A stretch of DNA of 64,000 nucleotides from Nemertoderma westbladi. Lineage: Eukaryota; Animalia; Xenacoelomorpha. The stretch covers positions 38,081 through 102,080 of the forward strand of contig JAUCBJ010009105.1 in NCBI GenBank assembly GCA_032718475.1, given 5' to 3'. The notes under the pieces were generated by a model. It was not told the DNA's origin, did no database searches, and saw only the letters and a list, made by a program, of their open reading frames with translations. Positions 35,205 through 48,317 of this stretch are shown piece after piece (positions within the stretch are counted from its first letter, which is position 1; every line of letters begins with the position of its first letter). A program made the translations under genes and the position numbers.

Positions 35205-36099
35205 CCAGGTTGGAATTCATGCTGCAAAACTCGGACGCGTACCTGCGCGAATGACCGCAAACCAGATGCGCGTTGCGCGTTTGGGTGAGACAGGTGCGCG
35301 TTCGGGTGTGAGACAGGTGCGCGTTGCGCCTCAGCGCGCAGCTCTGCCTCTGATGCGCACCACAAATTAATTGAAATCACGAAAATACACAAAAAAATTT
35401 CGCTCGCTGCGCTCGCATTAGTTTCTCATTTCCAATTCTTCAAACAGTCAAATCACTTCACCATAATACTGTAATACCGGCAACCGGAGCTGAATTTGTC
35501 TATTTATTTTAACTACAGTACTCTATTGTTGTATTGTTATTAGGTCTATGCTATGCCGATGTTACGTTAGTAAACAGGTAAAGTCAGAAAGTAACAATGT
35601 ATTATAAGTATGACTAAATTATAAGCCAACTGTATGTTTAAGCCTAATTGTTAGGTATTATTGGCAGACTGGTACCTATTTCAATATTCGTTTTTTTGAA
35701 ATTACCGGTACATGTTTTGTTTGTAATCTAAAATAATATTTTCTGTTATAAAAGCAGTGAGCCCTATGGGCCACCATAGTAGTGGATTAAAAAAATATTT
35801 TTTAATATTAACAATTTTGATGTTGCAAAAATTACATTTATTATGTAAGCCTAGATTCAACGTACAGACAGACAGACGTAAAGATAAGCTTAAAACTATA
35901 AAACGCTCAAACTTGTAAAATAGGAATGTAAAATTGTTCTTATGAACTGTGCGATTTTTTGAGATATGCATGACATGAGCTGCGCGATTTTGTTTGGATT
36001 ATGACATATGATGAGGTGCGCGACGAGCCAATTTCAGGTGCGCGGTGATTTCAAAACAACAAAGCGTACCTGCGCGCTCATGCATGAATTCCAACCTGG
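35205..36099. mobile_element. MITE, 18-bp TIR CCAGGTTGGAATTCATGC, 8-bp TSD (hAT- or P-like)
   Basis: TSD CACTAGCG at 35197-35204 and 36100-36107. The empty site GACTCACTAGCGGCTA is present in the sister repeat copies. Confidence 0.9.
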
Positions 36100-36752
36100 C
36101 ACTAGCGGCTAATGTTAACTTGTACCAGACTTCACATATTCTGCAATATCTCAAAAACTACTCGCTCTATGCTTGTTTTGAAGGTGTCTACACCAACTAA
36201 ATCGGTCATTGCGGTTCTAATGAGCATAATATCAATGCGGTAGGAATACTAGAAGTTGATCATCACAATAATTGGGAAAATGACTCACTAGCGGCTAGGG
36301 CGGGAACTGGACGACGTCCAGTGCAGGGGTCAAACATGATTTTTAGGAGTTAAAATTTCGTTTCTACAAAGTTTTAGGACCCAAGGCCACTTTTTATCAA
36401 TGAGAAAATCTAGATATCCAAAAAAAGTAAAAATCGACCCTCCCTACTGGTAATACTGTAATAATAAATAATATTCGGCTGTTTCACATACAAACACGGG
36501 ATGAATAAAGTAGACAGAAAGGCTGTATTGTTTTTAATAAATGATTAATGTTTCAACACCAACTAAATCTGCGAAAGTTGTTTACATCTGAAACAATCCA
36601 TCTTTGCTGGGGCAATCACACAACTTTCATACCCGCCATCCTTCATCCTACTGTCAGACTGTACTGTATATTGCATTATTAACATGCAGTTGCTGCATTG
36701 GTTGCATACTGGCATACCGGTATGCCTGAAGGCCTACTGCTATAGCAGTATA

Positions 36753-37168
36753 CAGTTAGGAACACTGGTCAATTTCTGGCTGAAGCTCAGCCAAAAATTG
36801 TCCACATATTTACAGCCAGAAAGTGTCCGTGCAGCCACTATTTGTCCTCCACAGGCTGCGATTATATTTCCGGACATATTTTGGCCGTAACTCCACTAGT
36901 ACTCAAAGCAGAAGCTGGGCACATTTTTATTTTTATAATATTATGATAGTTATCCCAACGATGAGATTCTAATTCTCAAATTAATTTATACAGAATTTTA
37001 TGGCGATTCTAATGGCATAATTTTTAGAATGCCAATGTTAAAATTTCACTGCCGGTTTTCAAATGAAATTTAGCATTGTTTTCTATGGAGAAATTTCACT
37101 CTGAGAGCGTTTTCCGCGGACACATTCTGGCTGTAAATTGGACATATTGTGACCAGTGTTCCTGACTG
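36753..37168. mobile_element. Tc1/mariner-like MITE
   Basis: TA|CAGTTAGGAACACTGGTCA ... TGACCAGTGTTCCTGACTG, plus internal inverted segments (TTTACAGCCAGAAAGTGTCCG / CGGACACATTCTGGCTGTAAA). Confidence 0.6.
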
Positions 37169-38057
37169 GTATAGCTGTATAGTGCTATGTCATATGATGA
37201 TACTGACAGACTGATATGTACAGATGTAGGCCTAAGCCTAACAGCCTAACATGGCATGGCAACCTGATCCCCTATTGCAGTATTGGCTATTTACCCATCT
37301 GCCTAGACTATACTGCTATATCTATCAGTCTATTTGTCCGTTCTCGTTTTATTCTACCTCACCGTTACGTATAGCAGTATAGGCCTACAGGTATATTAAA
37401 CGTTAACAGCGAACGTTATTTGAACTAAATTCTTGAACGTCCATACGAACTATAAACGTTATTTGGTCGTACTTTGAACGCTGTTTTGCTACCTGCTGAC
37501 CCAGTGACCTGGGATACCTACGCCTAAAAGCTAAAACTGTAAAATGCAAATTTTATCAGAAACAGCACCCAACAGCCCAACCCCTTTCGGGGTGTCCTGT
37601 CCGGTCCGTCCACTCCTCACTCCTATTCTGCAGTTCTGTGTAGTGCTCCCTACAGTGCTACAGACCCTACAGTTGACAGTCCGACAGTGTACGTACCGTA
37701 CGGCAGTACGGGTGGTACCGGTATGGCTGTACCCATCAGCCCGTACCGTATACTGCTGTACTGCGTACTATATAAATAATGTAAAACGAACTTAGATCCT
37801 GCAAGGCCTGACTGATGAACTTAGATCAGTAGATCTTTGCGAACTTAGGTCCTGTACATGCGAACGTAAGTAGACCTATGCCACCTAGGTACAAATACCT
37901 AATTAGATATATAAAATTACACTTACAGGTGAATAAAATACACATTTGAGTAGAAGGCAACAGATCATCAAGTAAAAAAAACATAAATTGTTTCGAAAGC
38001 CATTGATCCTTTTTATAAAATTACAAAATACCAAATTAAGTATTAAAAACTATTTGT

Positions 38058-38209
38058 TAGACCTGGCTCACAACTATCACTTTGTGACGGTTGCCTCCGA
38101 AACCCTCGGCCCAATCGGTGATGAGGGCACCGTTCTCCTCAATGAAATCGGTCGCCGAATCGCCCGCGCCACCAGGGAATACATAGTTGCCTGTCACTTC
38201 TGGCTCTAA
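38058..38209 (+). pseudogene. Short 3' fragment of a second CRE-like RLE retrotransposon
   Basis: DLAHNYHFVTVASETLGPIGDEGTVLLNEIGRRIARAT matches the post-RLE motif F.P.A.ET.G..G......L..IG.RI. Confidence 0.65.
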
Positions 38210-39575
38210 CTCTAGTTACGTTACCTTAGTTACTCATTAATGTCGTGCTAATTATTTCTTATTAATGTGTTGTACAATTCGTAATTAAACATAACTAAAG
38301 TAATTAATATAATTAAAATTAGATAAATAAATTTGTTAGATTAAATATAAATAAAAACAAATAAAAAATGGTTAATTTAAAAATCTGTTAAAATGACAAT
38401 ATGGCAATAGCAACATCTTTCAATTTATCAGATTAGAGCCTTATGACTTAGGGTTAGGGTTACATTCCAGTTTTAATTAGGGTTTCGTATCAACTGTACT
38501 AAAGCCACTAAAGGAATTTGATGGCTTCATTGCCATCAATTTATATCGATCATACTGTAGCATGTCAAGTACTATGGGATAGAACTGATAAAGAGCTTTC
38601 ACCAGATACCAAATATATTAAATTTGGTTAAACCAATAAAGACTTATAAGGTTTTTAGAGTGTCTCCTGAACAATTATCGAAAGCCCTTTTGCTTTTTTA
38701 CCGACGATATGATGATGATAAACTCCGCAAGTGAGTTGGTTAAAATTCAATTTTGAATTTCGCGCCTTTTCTGCTAATAGGAAAAAACCGAAGTCAAAAG
38801 ATACAAATTGCAATAAAACCGTGTGCGTTTTCTTATTATCTATGCAATGATTAAAAAAAACCGAAGTTTCGCTGACTTACGGTGTTTTTGCATAAATTTA
38901 TGTAGTCCGGTCTTTTGTATTATACTTACGGTCTTTTTCCTTTGTAACACTATACATATGTTGTGACTCACGGCCTTTTTACATTGAATGTCTCGAGAAC
39001 TAGAGTAGATACGGTGTTCTCGTTTAGAGAGCATTTTTTAGAACTAGAAAAAGTGTAAAAATTAATTTTGGAAAAATGCGACTTTATTGTCTTTTCACAT
39101 TGCGCGGTAGAATTAGAGCGTACAAATACAGTAATACGTTTTCATTTTCTTTATTGAACTTTTTTCAAATAATTTGATGTTATTTTATATTCAAGTTATT
39201 ATTTTTTTACTGTAAGTCTAGAACATCGTGTATACGGCGTCTTGTAAATATTTTTTAGAAATAATAAAATGGCAACATTTACAACAGAAAGAGTTAAACC
39301 TCTCTCTTTCTTAGTGGGTGAGTCAGAATTTATTCGGTAATAACAGGAATCAATTTGGTTTACATATATCCAACTTTCCCCACATCCATTTCACACTTCG
39401 CGATAATATAATGTTATAATGTCGTTAATGTAAATATTTGGTTCTTTAAAATTCTTCTGATAATCTAACTGTTTTTAAATTTAATCAACATAATCTACAA
39501 CTAACTACATACATAATTTTAGTTTATCTGTGTCCAACAATATCACCCGAAGTAGATAAACGTTTCTTACAAACA

Positions 39576-40108
39576 TTACAGTTTCAGAGTCTCCTCACTG
39601 CGGATACATTTGTGGCTCGATACTTGATATCGTCGGGAGAAACATTTCCCGCATGTATCGCAGCTAAACGGTCGTTCCCCTGTATGTAATCTCTTGTGAG
39701 CGTTTAGACTGCAGCTCTGCGTGAATCCCTTCCCGCACGTGTCGCACACGAACGGTCGCTCTCCGGAATGAGTTAGCTTATGCTTGGTTAGGTTGCTTGG
39801 TTGAGAGAAGCTTTTCTCACACAGGTTGCAGTTATACGGTTTCTCTCCACTGTGCGTACGTTTGTGTATCTTTAGGTTACTTAGTCGAGATGAACGTTTG
39901 TAGCAGATGTCGCATTGGTATGGACGATCGCCAGTGTGGATCCGTTGGTGTCTAATTAGGTGGCTGTTATATGCGAACGTCTTATCACAAGTATCACAGC
40001 TGAAGGGCTTCTCATTGTCAGATAGACTTATTTCCAAAATATCCTGGAGTTGAATCCCAGAGGGACCAGGTTGGTCGAAGGAATTAGTCATTCCGGGTGT
40101 TTGGTCGC
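39576..40108 (-). CDS. C2H2 zinc-finger gene, terminal exon (4 C2H2 + 1 C2HC finger)
   Basis: Fingers joined by TGDRP/SGEKP/SGERP/TGERP linkers. Phase-1 acceptor ttttctctaaag|GC at 40109/40108, stop at 39576. Confidence 0.88.
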
Positions 40109-40242
40109 CTTTAGAGAAAATAATGGAGTAGATTAATAATGGAGAATATTGATTAATATCAGAATATGTAAGTAATGCACTATAATAATGTAATACTGTA
40201 GTAGAACAATAAAACTCACGAAAATCATAAGACAATTCAACT

Positions 40243-43200
40243 CACAATAGTAGACAAGAGCTGGAACACAGTAAACCTTGGTTCAACTCCGAATGTCGCA
40301 AAGAAACAACTATTAGAGAAATCTACTAGCAAACATCTCTCTACAACACACAATAGTAGACAAGAGCTGGAACACAGTAAATCTTGGTTCAACTCCGAAT
40401 GTCGCAAAGAAACAACTATTAGAGAAATCTACTAGCAAACATCTCTCTACACACAATAGTAGGCAAGAGCTGGAACACAGTAAACCTTGGTTCAACTCCG
40501 AATGTCGCAAAGAAACAACTATTAGAGAAATTTACTAGCAAACATCTCTCTAAAACACACAATAGTGGACAAGAGCTGGAACACAGTAAACCTTGGTTCA
40601 ACTCCGAATGTAGCAAAGAAACAACTATTAGAGAAATCTACTAGCAAACATCTCTCTACAACACACAATAGTAGACAAGAGCTGGAACACAGTAAACCTT
40701 GGTTCAACTCCGAATGTCGCAAAGAAACAACTATTAGAGAAATCTACTTGCAAACATCTCTCTACAACACACAATAGTAGACAAGAGCTGGAACACAGTA
40801 AACCTTGGTTCAACTCCGAATGTCGCAAAGAAACAACTATTAGAGAAATCTACTAGCAAACATCTCACTACAACACACAATAGTAGACAAGAGCTGGAAC
40901 ACAGTAAACCTTGGTTCAACTCAGAATGTCGCAAAGAAACAACTATTAGAGAAATCTACTAACAAACATCTCTCTAAAACACACAATAGTAGACAAGATC
41001 AACTCCGAATGTCACAAAGAAACAAGTATTAGAGAAATATACTAGCAAACATCTCTCTACAACACACAATAGTAGACAAGAGCTGGAACACAGTAAACCT
41101 TGGATCAACTCCGAATGTCGCAAAGAAACAACTATTTGAGAAATCTACAAGCAAACATCTCTCTATACACAATAGTAGGCAAGAGCTGGAACACAGTAAA
41201 CCTTGGTTGAACTCCGAATGTCGCAAAGAAACAATTATTAGAGAAATCTACTACCAAACATCTCTCTACAACACACAATAGTAGACAAGAGCTGGAACAC
41301 AGTAAACCTTGGTTCAACTCCGAATGTCGCAAAGAAACAACTATTAGAGAAATCTACTAGCAAACATCTCTCTACAACACAGAATAGTAGACAAGAGCTG
41401 GAACATAGTAAACTTTGGTTCAACTCCGAATGTCGCAAAGAAACAACTATTATAGAAATCTACTAGCAAACATCTCTCTACAACACAGAATAGTAGACAA
41501 GAGCTGGAACACAGTAAACTTTGGTTCAACTCCGAATGTCGCAAAGAAACAACTATTATAGAAATCTACTAGCAAACATCTCTCTACAACACAGAATAGT
41601 AGACAAGAGCTGGAACACAGTAAACTTTGGTTCAACTCCGAATGTCGCAAAGAAACAACTATTAGAGAAATCTACTAGCAAACATCTCTCTACAACACAC
41701 AATAGTAGACAAGAGCTGGAACACAGTAAACCTTGGTTCAACTCCGAATGTTGCAAAGAAACAACATTAGAGAAATCTACTAGCAAGCATCTCTCTACAA
41801 CACACAATAGTAGACAAGAGCTGGAACACAGTAAACCTTGGTTCAACTCCGAATGTTGCAAAGAAACAACTATTACAGAAATATACTAGCAAACATCTCT
41901 CTACAACACACAATAGTAGACAAGAGCTGGAACATAGTAAACCTTGGTTCAACTCCGAATGTTGCAAAGAAACAACTATTACAGAAATCTACAAGCAAAC
42001 ATCTCTCTACACACAATAGTAGGCAAGAGCTGGAACACAGTAAACCTTGGTTCAACTCCGAATGTCGCAAAGAAACAACTATTAGAGAAATCTACTAGCA
42101 AACATCTCTCTACACACAATAGTAGGCAAGAGCTGGAACACAGTAAACCTTGGTTCAACTCCGAATGTCGCAAAGAAACAACTATTAGAGAAATCTACTA
42201 GCAAACATCTCTCTACACACAATAGTAGACAAGAGCTGGAACACAGTAAACCTTGGTTCAACTCCGAATGTCACAATTAAACAACTATTATAGAAATCTA
42301 CTAGCAACCATCTCTCTACAACACACAATAGTAGACAAGAGCTGGAACACAGTAAACCTTGGTTCAACTCCGAATGTTGCAAAGAAACAACTATTACAGA
42401 AATCTACAAGCAAACATCTCTCTACACACAATAGTAGGCAAGAGCTGGAACACAGTAAACCTTGGTTCAACTCCGAATGTCGCAAAGAAACAACTATTAG
42501 AGAAATCTACTAGCAAACATCTCTCTACACACAATAGTAGACAAGAGCTGGAACACAGTAAACATTGGTTAAACTCCGAATGTCGCAAAGAAACAACTAT
42601 TAGAGAAATCTACTAGCAAACATCTCTCTACACACAATAGTAGACAAGAGCTGGAACACAGTAAGCCTTGGTTCAACTCCGAATGTCACAATTAAACAAC
42701 TATTATAGAAATCTACTAGCAACCATCTCTCTACAACACACAATAGTAGGCAAGAGCTGGAACACAGTAAACCTTGGTTGAACTCCGAATGTCGCAGAGC
42801 AACAACTATTATAGAAATCTACTAGCAACCATCTCTCTACAACACACAATAGTAGACAAGAGCTGGAACATAGTAAACCTTGGTTCAACTCCGAATGTCG
42901 CAAACAAACAACTATTAGAGAAATCTACAAGCAAACATCTCTCTACACACAATAGTAGACAAGAGCTGGAACACAGTAAACCTTGGTTCAACTCCGAATG
43001 TCGCAAAGAAACAACTATTAGAGAAATCTACTAGCAAACATCTCTCTACAACACACAATAGTAGACAAGAGCTGGAACACAGTAAACTTTGGTTCAACTC
43101 CGAATGTCGCAAAGAAACAACTATTAGAGAAATATACTAGCAAACATCTCTCTACAACACACAATAGTAGGCAAGAGCTTGAACACAGTAAATCTTGGTT

Positions 43201-43455
43201 CAACTCCGAATGTCGTAAAGAAACAACTATTAGAGAAATCTACTAGCAAACATCTCTCTACACACAATAGTAGACAAGAGCTGGAACACAGTAAACCTTG
43301 GTTCAACTCCGAATGTCACAATTAAACAACTATTATAGAAATCTACTAGCAACCATCTCTCTACAACACACAATAGTAGGCAAGAGCTGGAACACAGTAA
43401 ACCTTGGTTGAACTCCGAATGTCGCAGAGCAACAACTATTATAGAAATCTACTAG
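40243..43455. repeat. 103/106-bp minisatellite (~30 copies) in the zinc-finger gene intron
   Basis: The unit ACACAATAGTAGACAAGAGCTGGAACACAGTAAACCTTGGTTCAACTCCGAATGTCGCAAAGAAACAACTATTAGAGAAATCTACTAGCAAACATCTCTCTACA(ACA) repeats head-to-tail. Confidence 0.97.
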
Positions 43456-44009
43456 GTAACAAACACTGGGAAGCAGCTACCGAGTACTAACTAACACACC
43501 TACCGGTTTTTTTAAGGTTTTTTACTTAACGTGCTTGATAAATAAATATAATTCGTAATTATTTTTTATTATTATTATTAATCACGTTGAATACTGTAGA
43601 ATAAGATAAATGAAAAAACGCATTAAAAAGGTAGTTATACACTACAAGTACTTACATATATATAATTACATTGAAGATAAGTATATATGTTACAGATGGA
43701 CGAGGAGAGAAACATCAAGGCTAAGAGGCTACCACGGGGTTCTTGGAAAAAAAGAAAAAATAACCAAGATAGCATTACACAATAATATTGCGTTACTCTG
43801 CGTAAGAGTATATTTGCAATATGGCGTTAGATTGACATCCCACAACTTACGCGAGAAACCAAGGAAATTAGTGCTCTCTACTGATCAGCTGGCAGCTCGT
43901 TCCAAATATTGACAAAACGTGAAGAAAAGGCGTGTTCACATAGATTTAACCGACACCGAGGAACCAGAAGTTTCTTACTATGGCCACGCAGACCCGTAGC
44001 AGACCCCGG

Positions 44010-44850
44010 AGGGCAAGGCACGGGTGAAAAACTGATCGAAATTCAGGTCGACAAGACCGGTTTCTATTTTGTAAATCTTTAAACCAAAGATGATTCTGCG
44101 TGATTCTAGTGATTGTATTTTTAGAAACTTAATCCGGTCAAAGTAACTAGAGTATGATAAATTGCACCTAAAATATAAACACCAAGTGAGATGTTGTTGC
44201 ACCTTTTCTATCTGATCAATACTACGTTTGAGGTATGGCGACCATATCTGAGTTCAATATTCGACTAACGGACGTCCTATGCTGTCATTAACGCATTAAA
44301 GTTCAGGTTCTAGCAAATCTCCTGCGATGCCGTATGCTGCAAGGTTACACATAAGTTTTGAGTGTACGACATTTCGCCTTGGCGAAATCAATATATCATA
44401 TCGAGGCCACTACTATGTCTATCGAGGGTAGTGTACCAGTCGCCAACGCATTGGAGGGGCTTGTGTGCAAGTCGATTTACGTTCTAGGAATCCATGTTGT
44501 TCTGTGGAAATTAATTTATGCGCACTCAAGTATGAAACTAGGGTGTCTTTCACAAACATTTCCATAATTTTGCATGATGGATAGATCACAGGATCCATTT
44601 ATATGGATCATAGGGGTCACCTTTAGTGAACAATGGAACTACAACAGCTGTGAGCCAAATAGATGGAAGTGTGTGTGTTAGTAACGAAACATTAAAGAGC
44701 ACAGATAAAGGAGGAGTGATAGAGATAGATAAACGAGAAAATATAATACTCGGCAAGTTGTCGGGTGTCCTGCTATTCTTGGCAGGAATGTTGTTTAGAA
44801 CAGTAAGAACCCTAACAGGTGAAAAATCTACAGTAGACAAGAAACGGCAT
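44010..44850 (-). pseudogene. Degenerate CR1-like LINE RT fragments
   Basis: TPDNLPSIIF...WLTAVVVPLFTKGDP (44590-44850), and RPLVEY..IWSPYLKRSIDQIEKVQ...SLESRRI (44010-44280). Confidence 0.7.
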
Positions 44851-45004
44851 ATTGCTAATGTCATCGTTACAATTTTCGCCAAGCACCTCAGCAAATATTT
44901 TAGCTTTAGTTTTGTCATCCACTATGGTGTTTCATTTGTACGTAAGTTTTCCTTTGCAGGCAATACGGACTAAATGTTGTTTAATCTAACATATAGTAAC
45001 TCAC

Positions 45005-45980
45005 CGATACCGGAACCTGTTGATTTGGGTCTGAACTGGAGGTTGTAGGTGTTGGGAAGGTTTAAGTCGAAATCACCAAGAGAAGGAGTTGAGATGGGGG
45101 TCGAGTAGTTGGTGAGTGTGGAGAGACCCTGGACGGTGTGGGGGGTCGGGGAATTAGAGTCCGTAAGGGGACTCTGAGCTGTGTTGGGGGTCAGAGTGTT
45201 TGTTGGGATTCCATATGGTATATTTATATCAAAGTACAACTCATTCAAGCCATCTCCAACCTCACCTACTACGGGTTTAAATTCCAGTTCGCCTTCCGTC
45301 TTAATGAATATGATTTCCTGAGCATCTGACGGGTCTGTTAGAGGTTGTGTAGAATAATGGTTTGAGGCGATAGTGGTTACTGCAGGGGTATACGATATGT
45401 GGTTATAAGGTAATAAAGTTGAACTGGCTGTATTATTATTAGTTGCTTCAGATTCAATGGGGTTCAAGGGGTTTGATCTGGTGCCTATCGGACTCAGTTT
45501 AGGATCCACATGTCTTTGATCTCCCGCGAGGTTTCGGGGGGGTTCAGTGGGTGTGGTGCGTTGATTCGAGTTTCGATATTTCGGGTGGAAATCCATTCCG
45601 GTCGCAGGATTGTCACTGTGGTGGAACCTAGTACCGCCATTTGTCGTTGCTGATGTCCTCAAAGGATTCTGTGGCAGCGGCAGACTGGTCTCGCGGTACC
45701 CGGTAGTCGGGACAGTGGTCGGTGATTGAGTTATGTATTGGGGCAAAGCCGAGGTGGTGGCGGCGTTGTTAGACGGATAGGAGAGTGAATGCTGCAGCCA
45801 CTCAGTAATGCGACCAGCCGTACATTTATTAACAACATAATCGTCCAGAAAACACGAGTTTACTTCCAAGTATTCTTCGAGAAATCTCCGCACAAACGTG
45901 TCATTTTCTGAACAGATGTTCATGAACATAGATTTGGTAATTACCAATGCGTTGTCCGACTCACAAGTAAACCGTTCCAT
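45005..45980 (-). CDS. C2H2 zinc-finger gene, first coding exon (unrecognised ~65-aa N-terminal domain + long Pro/Thr/Ser-rich linker)
   Basis: ATG at 45980 and phase-1 donor ATCG|gtgagt at 45005/45004, matching the phase-1 acceptor at 40108. The joined CDS is 976+533 = 1509 nt (502 aa + stop). Confidence 0.72.
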
Positions 45981-47489
45981 TGTCTGATTGTTGTCACTTC
46001 AGAGTTCAGGTCGTGCCGGTTCGAGAAGCAAATAACAAAGTAATGTTTTAAATCTGTAAATATAGATATACAGATATATAGATAGGCCTAATAACTGAAT
46101 CAGTCATAGCCTTGGAATCAGTTAATGCTGTAGTCTGGTAGTAATGCTGTAATGCGGCAGCAGGGCTGTAGGCCATGGACTGATGGATGGGCGGAAGGTA
46201 TTCAACCAACGGCTAGACATGCTGACAAGGTCGGCGGAAGGTAATCAACCAACGGCGACCTACAGTACTTGCTACTGTGAAGGCGCTTGCGACCACAAGC
46301 GGTTACTCTCGCAACTGAAATATATGAGCTATAATATATAATAATATATACATTAGAACTAAGCCGCTGGCACCTGGAAGGATATCATTCCCACTGCCCG
46401 AGTTCGCTCGACTTAGTAGTAGTAGTAGTATACACATACGCGTAGACGAATATTGTTTCCTGATTGGTCCAGATTATTGTCAAGTCAACAGTGTATCTGT
46501 AGCTGCCGTCAGGTCGTACACCGTGGGCCTATTATTACAGTACGGTGGTGTTTTTTTGCATTACAGCATTAGTCTGTCAGGCAGTATAATTGCTGTAGTC
46601 AGGTTAGGTAATGCTGTAATGTCAGTGTCAGTCAGTGTCTCATTGTTGCATTAAGATTAGTAGATTAAATAGTGAATTTTATTTTCAGTGAGTGCCGTTC
46701 AGACGTTTTATTTCTTCAGCGGACTTCGGTCAGTGAGATGAGCTGTCGCGGTTGCGCAGTGTTGAGTACGATTATAGATATAACGATTGAGTACGAGTAT
46801 AAATATTTTAATTATATTATATGTGGATATTTTATTATTTAGAAATTAAAATAGCCAATAAATCAATTAATCAAATCAAATCAATCAAATTAATTAAGTA
46901 AATCAAGCAATAAAACATATTACTGTATTAGCCGCAAAGATATACAATTATAAGGAATATTATTAACAACGCACTTACAATACTAAATACTAAATATAAC
47001 TGAGTAATTATTCGCCCATAACGCAAGCCACGGAAAAATAATACTAGTGTACAGTATAAAGAATATATTACATTGTGTTACCATTATTAAGGGAAGCCCT
47101 ATTGTTATTGTATACTCTCACTGGGATACCCCAGCCGCAGCCGTCGAGTCAGACGTCCAATAGAATCAACTCACCTTAGATTTACTACAGTGCGTCTCCT
47201 TGTCTGTGTCACTAATGAACTGCATACGCACTGCCCCATATTAAATAATTACATGTTCTGGAAGGAATATTTACGACATTGGCTGCCGCTCCCATTGACT
47301 ACTAAGGGCCCTACTTTGTTCCATTATTAAATTCAATTATTAAATTAAAAATATATATTTTCTGGAATGAATATTTATGACATGGGCTAGATATAAATAA
47401 CGGTAGTTAATAGCATTGTGTTTTTTCCAAGCCGCCCTAGGTGATTTACAGCCCATTCCGAAAGAGATATTGGCTACAGTAACACTGAG

Positions 47490-47925
47490 CTCCCGTATAA
47501 ATTTGGGGAATCGGTGCTATCGGTGTCGAGCTGGGAGAAAGACTTAGGGGTGACCTTCCAAAACGCCCTTACTTTCGGAGAACACATACCATCGCAAAGA
47601 AAGGTAACGGAGTTACAGGTCTGATTGCTCGCACCTTTAAACATCTGGATGGGAATACATTAATTAGCCTCTACAAAGCCCTTGTGAGACCGATCTTAGT
47701 GTACGCCTCTACAGGCTGGTCACCTTACCGCATTAGCGAAATTCGGCTTCTACAGTAGAATCTGTCCAACGCCGTGCGACTCGACTTTTACCGGATATTT
47801 GCAATCTACCTTACCCGGTTAGATTGAAACGGCTCGGTCTCCCGACCCTTGAATATCGCCGTTATCGCGCCGACCTCATCCAGGTGTACCGTTACCTTGC
47901 GGGTATCGACAACGCGGACAAATAC
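47490..47925 (+). pseudogene. CR1 RT C-terminal fragment (related to the 32525 element), frameshifted
   Basis: EKDLGVTFQN...LYKALVRPILVYAS...ESVQRRATR...LGLPTLEYRRYRADLIQVYRYL. Confidence 0.85.
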
Positions 47926-48317
47926 AGTAAAACAAATAAAGTAAACTAATAATTAATAATTATTAATTTAATTCGGACTTGCCGACAATAAAAGGTAGAT
48001 ATGATAAATAATGCTGTGCTGCATAATGTAACACATCAAATAAAAGTGCACGCACAAGGAGAAATAATTATTTTAAAGAATTATTTTATATATGGATATT
48101 TTATTATTTAGAAATTAAAATAGCCAATAAATCAATTAGAAATTGGTTAATTAAGTAATTCAAGTAGTAAAAGATATTAGCCGTATAGATATACAATTAT
48201 AAGGAATATTAACAACGCACTTACAATACTAAATATAACTGAGTAGTTATTCGTCCATAACGCAAGCCACGGAAAAATAATACTACAGTATAAAGAATTT
48301 ACTGTACTGTACTTACT

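Larger units (their letters stand above)
32367..36298. repeat. 186-bp tandem repeat (~3 copies) split by a CR1 LINE and a MITE
   Basis: CTACTCGCTCTATGCTTGTTTTGAAGG...GACTCACTAGCG recurs at 32370, 35069 and 36158. Spacing is 186 bp after removing the 895-bp MITE and its 8-bp TSD. Confidence 0.85.

Noticed and set aside
38447-38503. TTAGGG telomeric repeat
   Set aside because: Only 2-3 copies, so not a telomere or a convincing interstitial array.
39576-40235. Single-exon zinc-finger ORF starting at 40235
   Set aside because: The start is non-ATG, the upstream part is AT-rich and intron-like, and there is a good acceptor at 40109.
40313-43306. Family of ~65-aa Cys-rich peptide genes
   Set aside because: These are translations of the 103/106-bp minisatellite. 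The unit is not a multiple of 3 and starts are mostly TTG.
43696-43801. Plus-strand exon (ttacag|...|gtaaga)
   Set aside because: Splice-like ends, but the peptide is unrecognisable and antisense within the zinc-finger intron. Support is insufficient.
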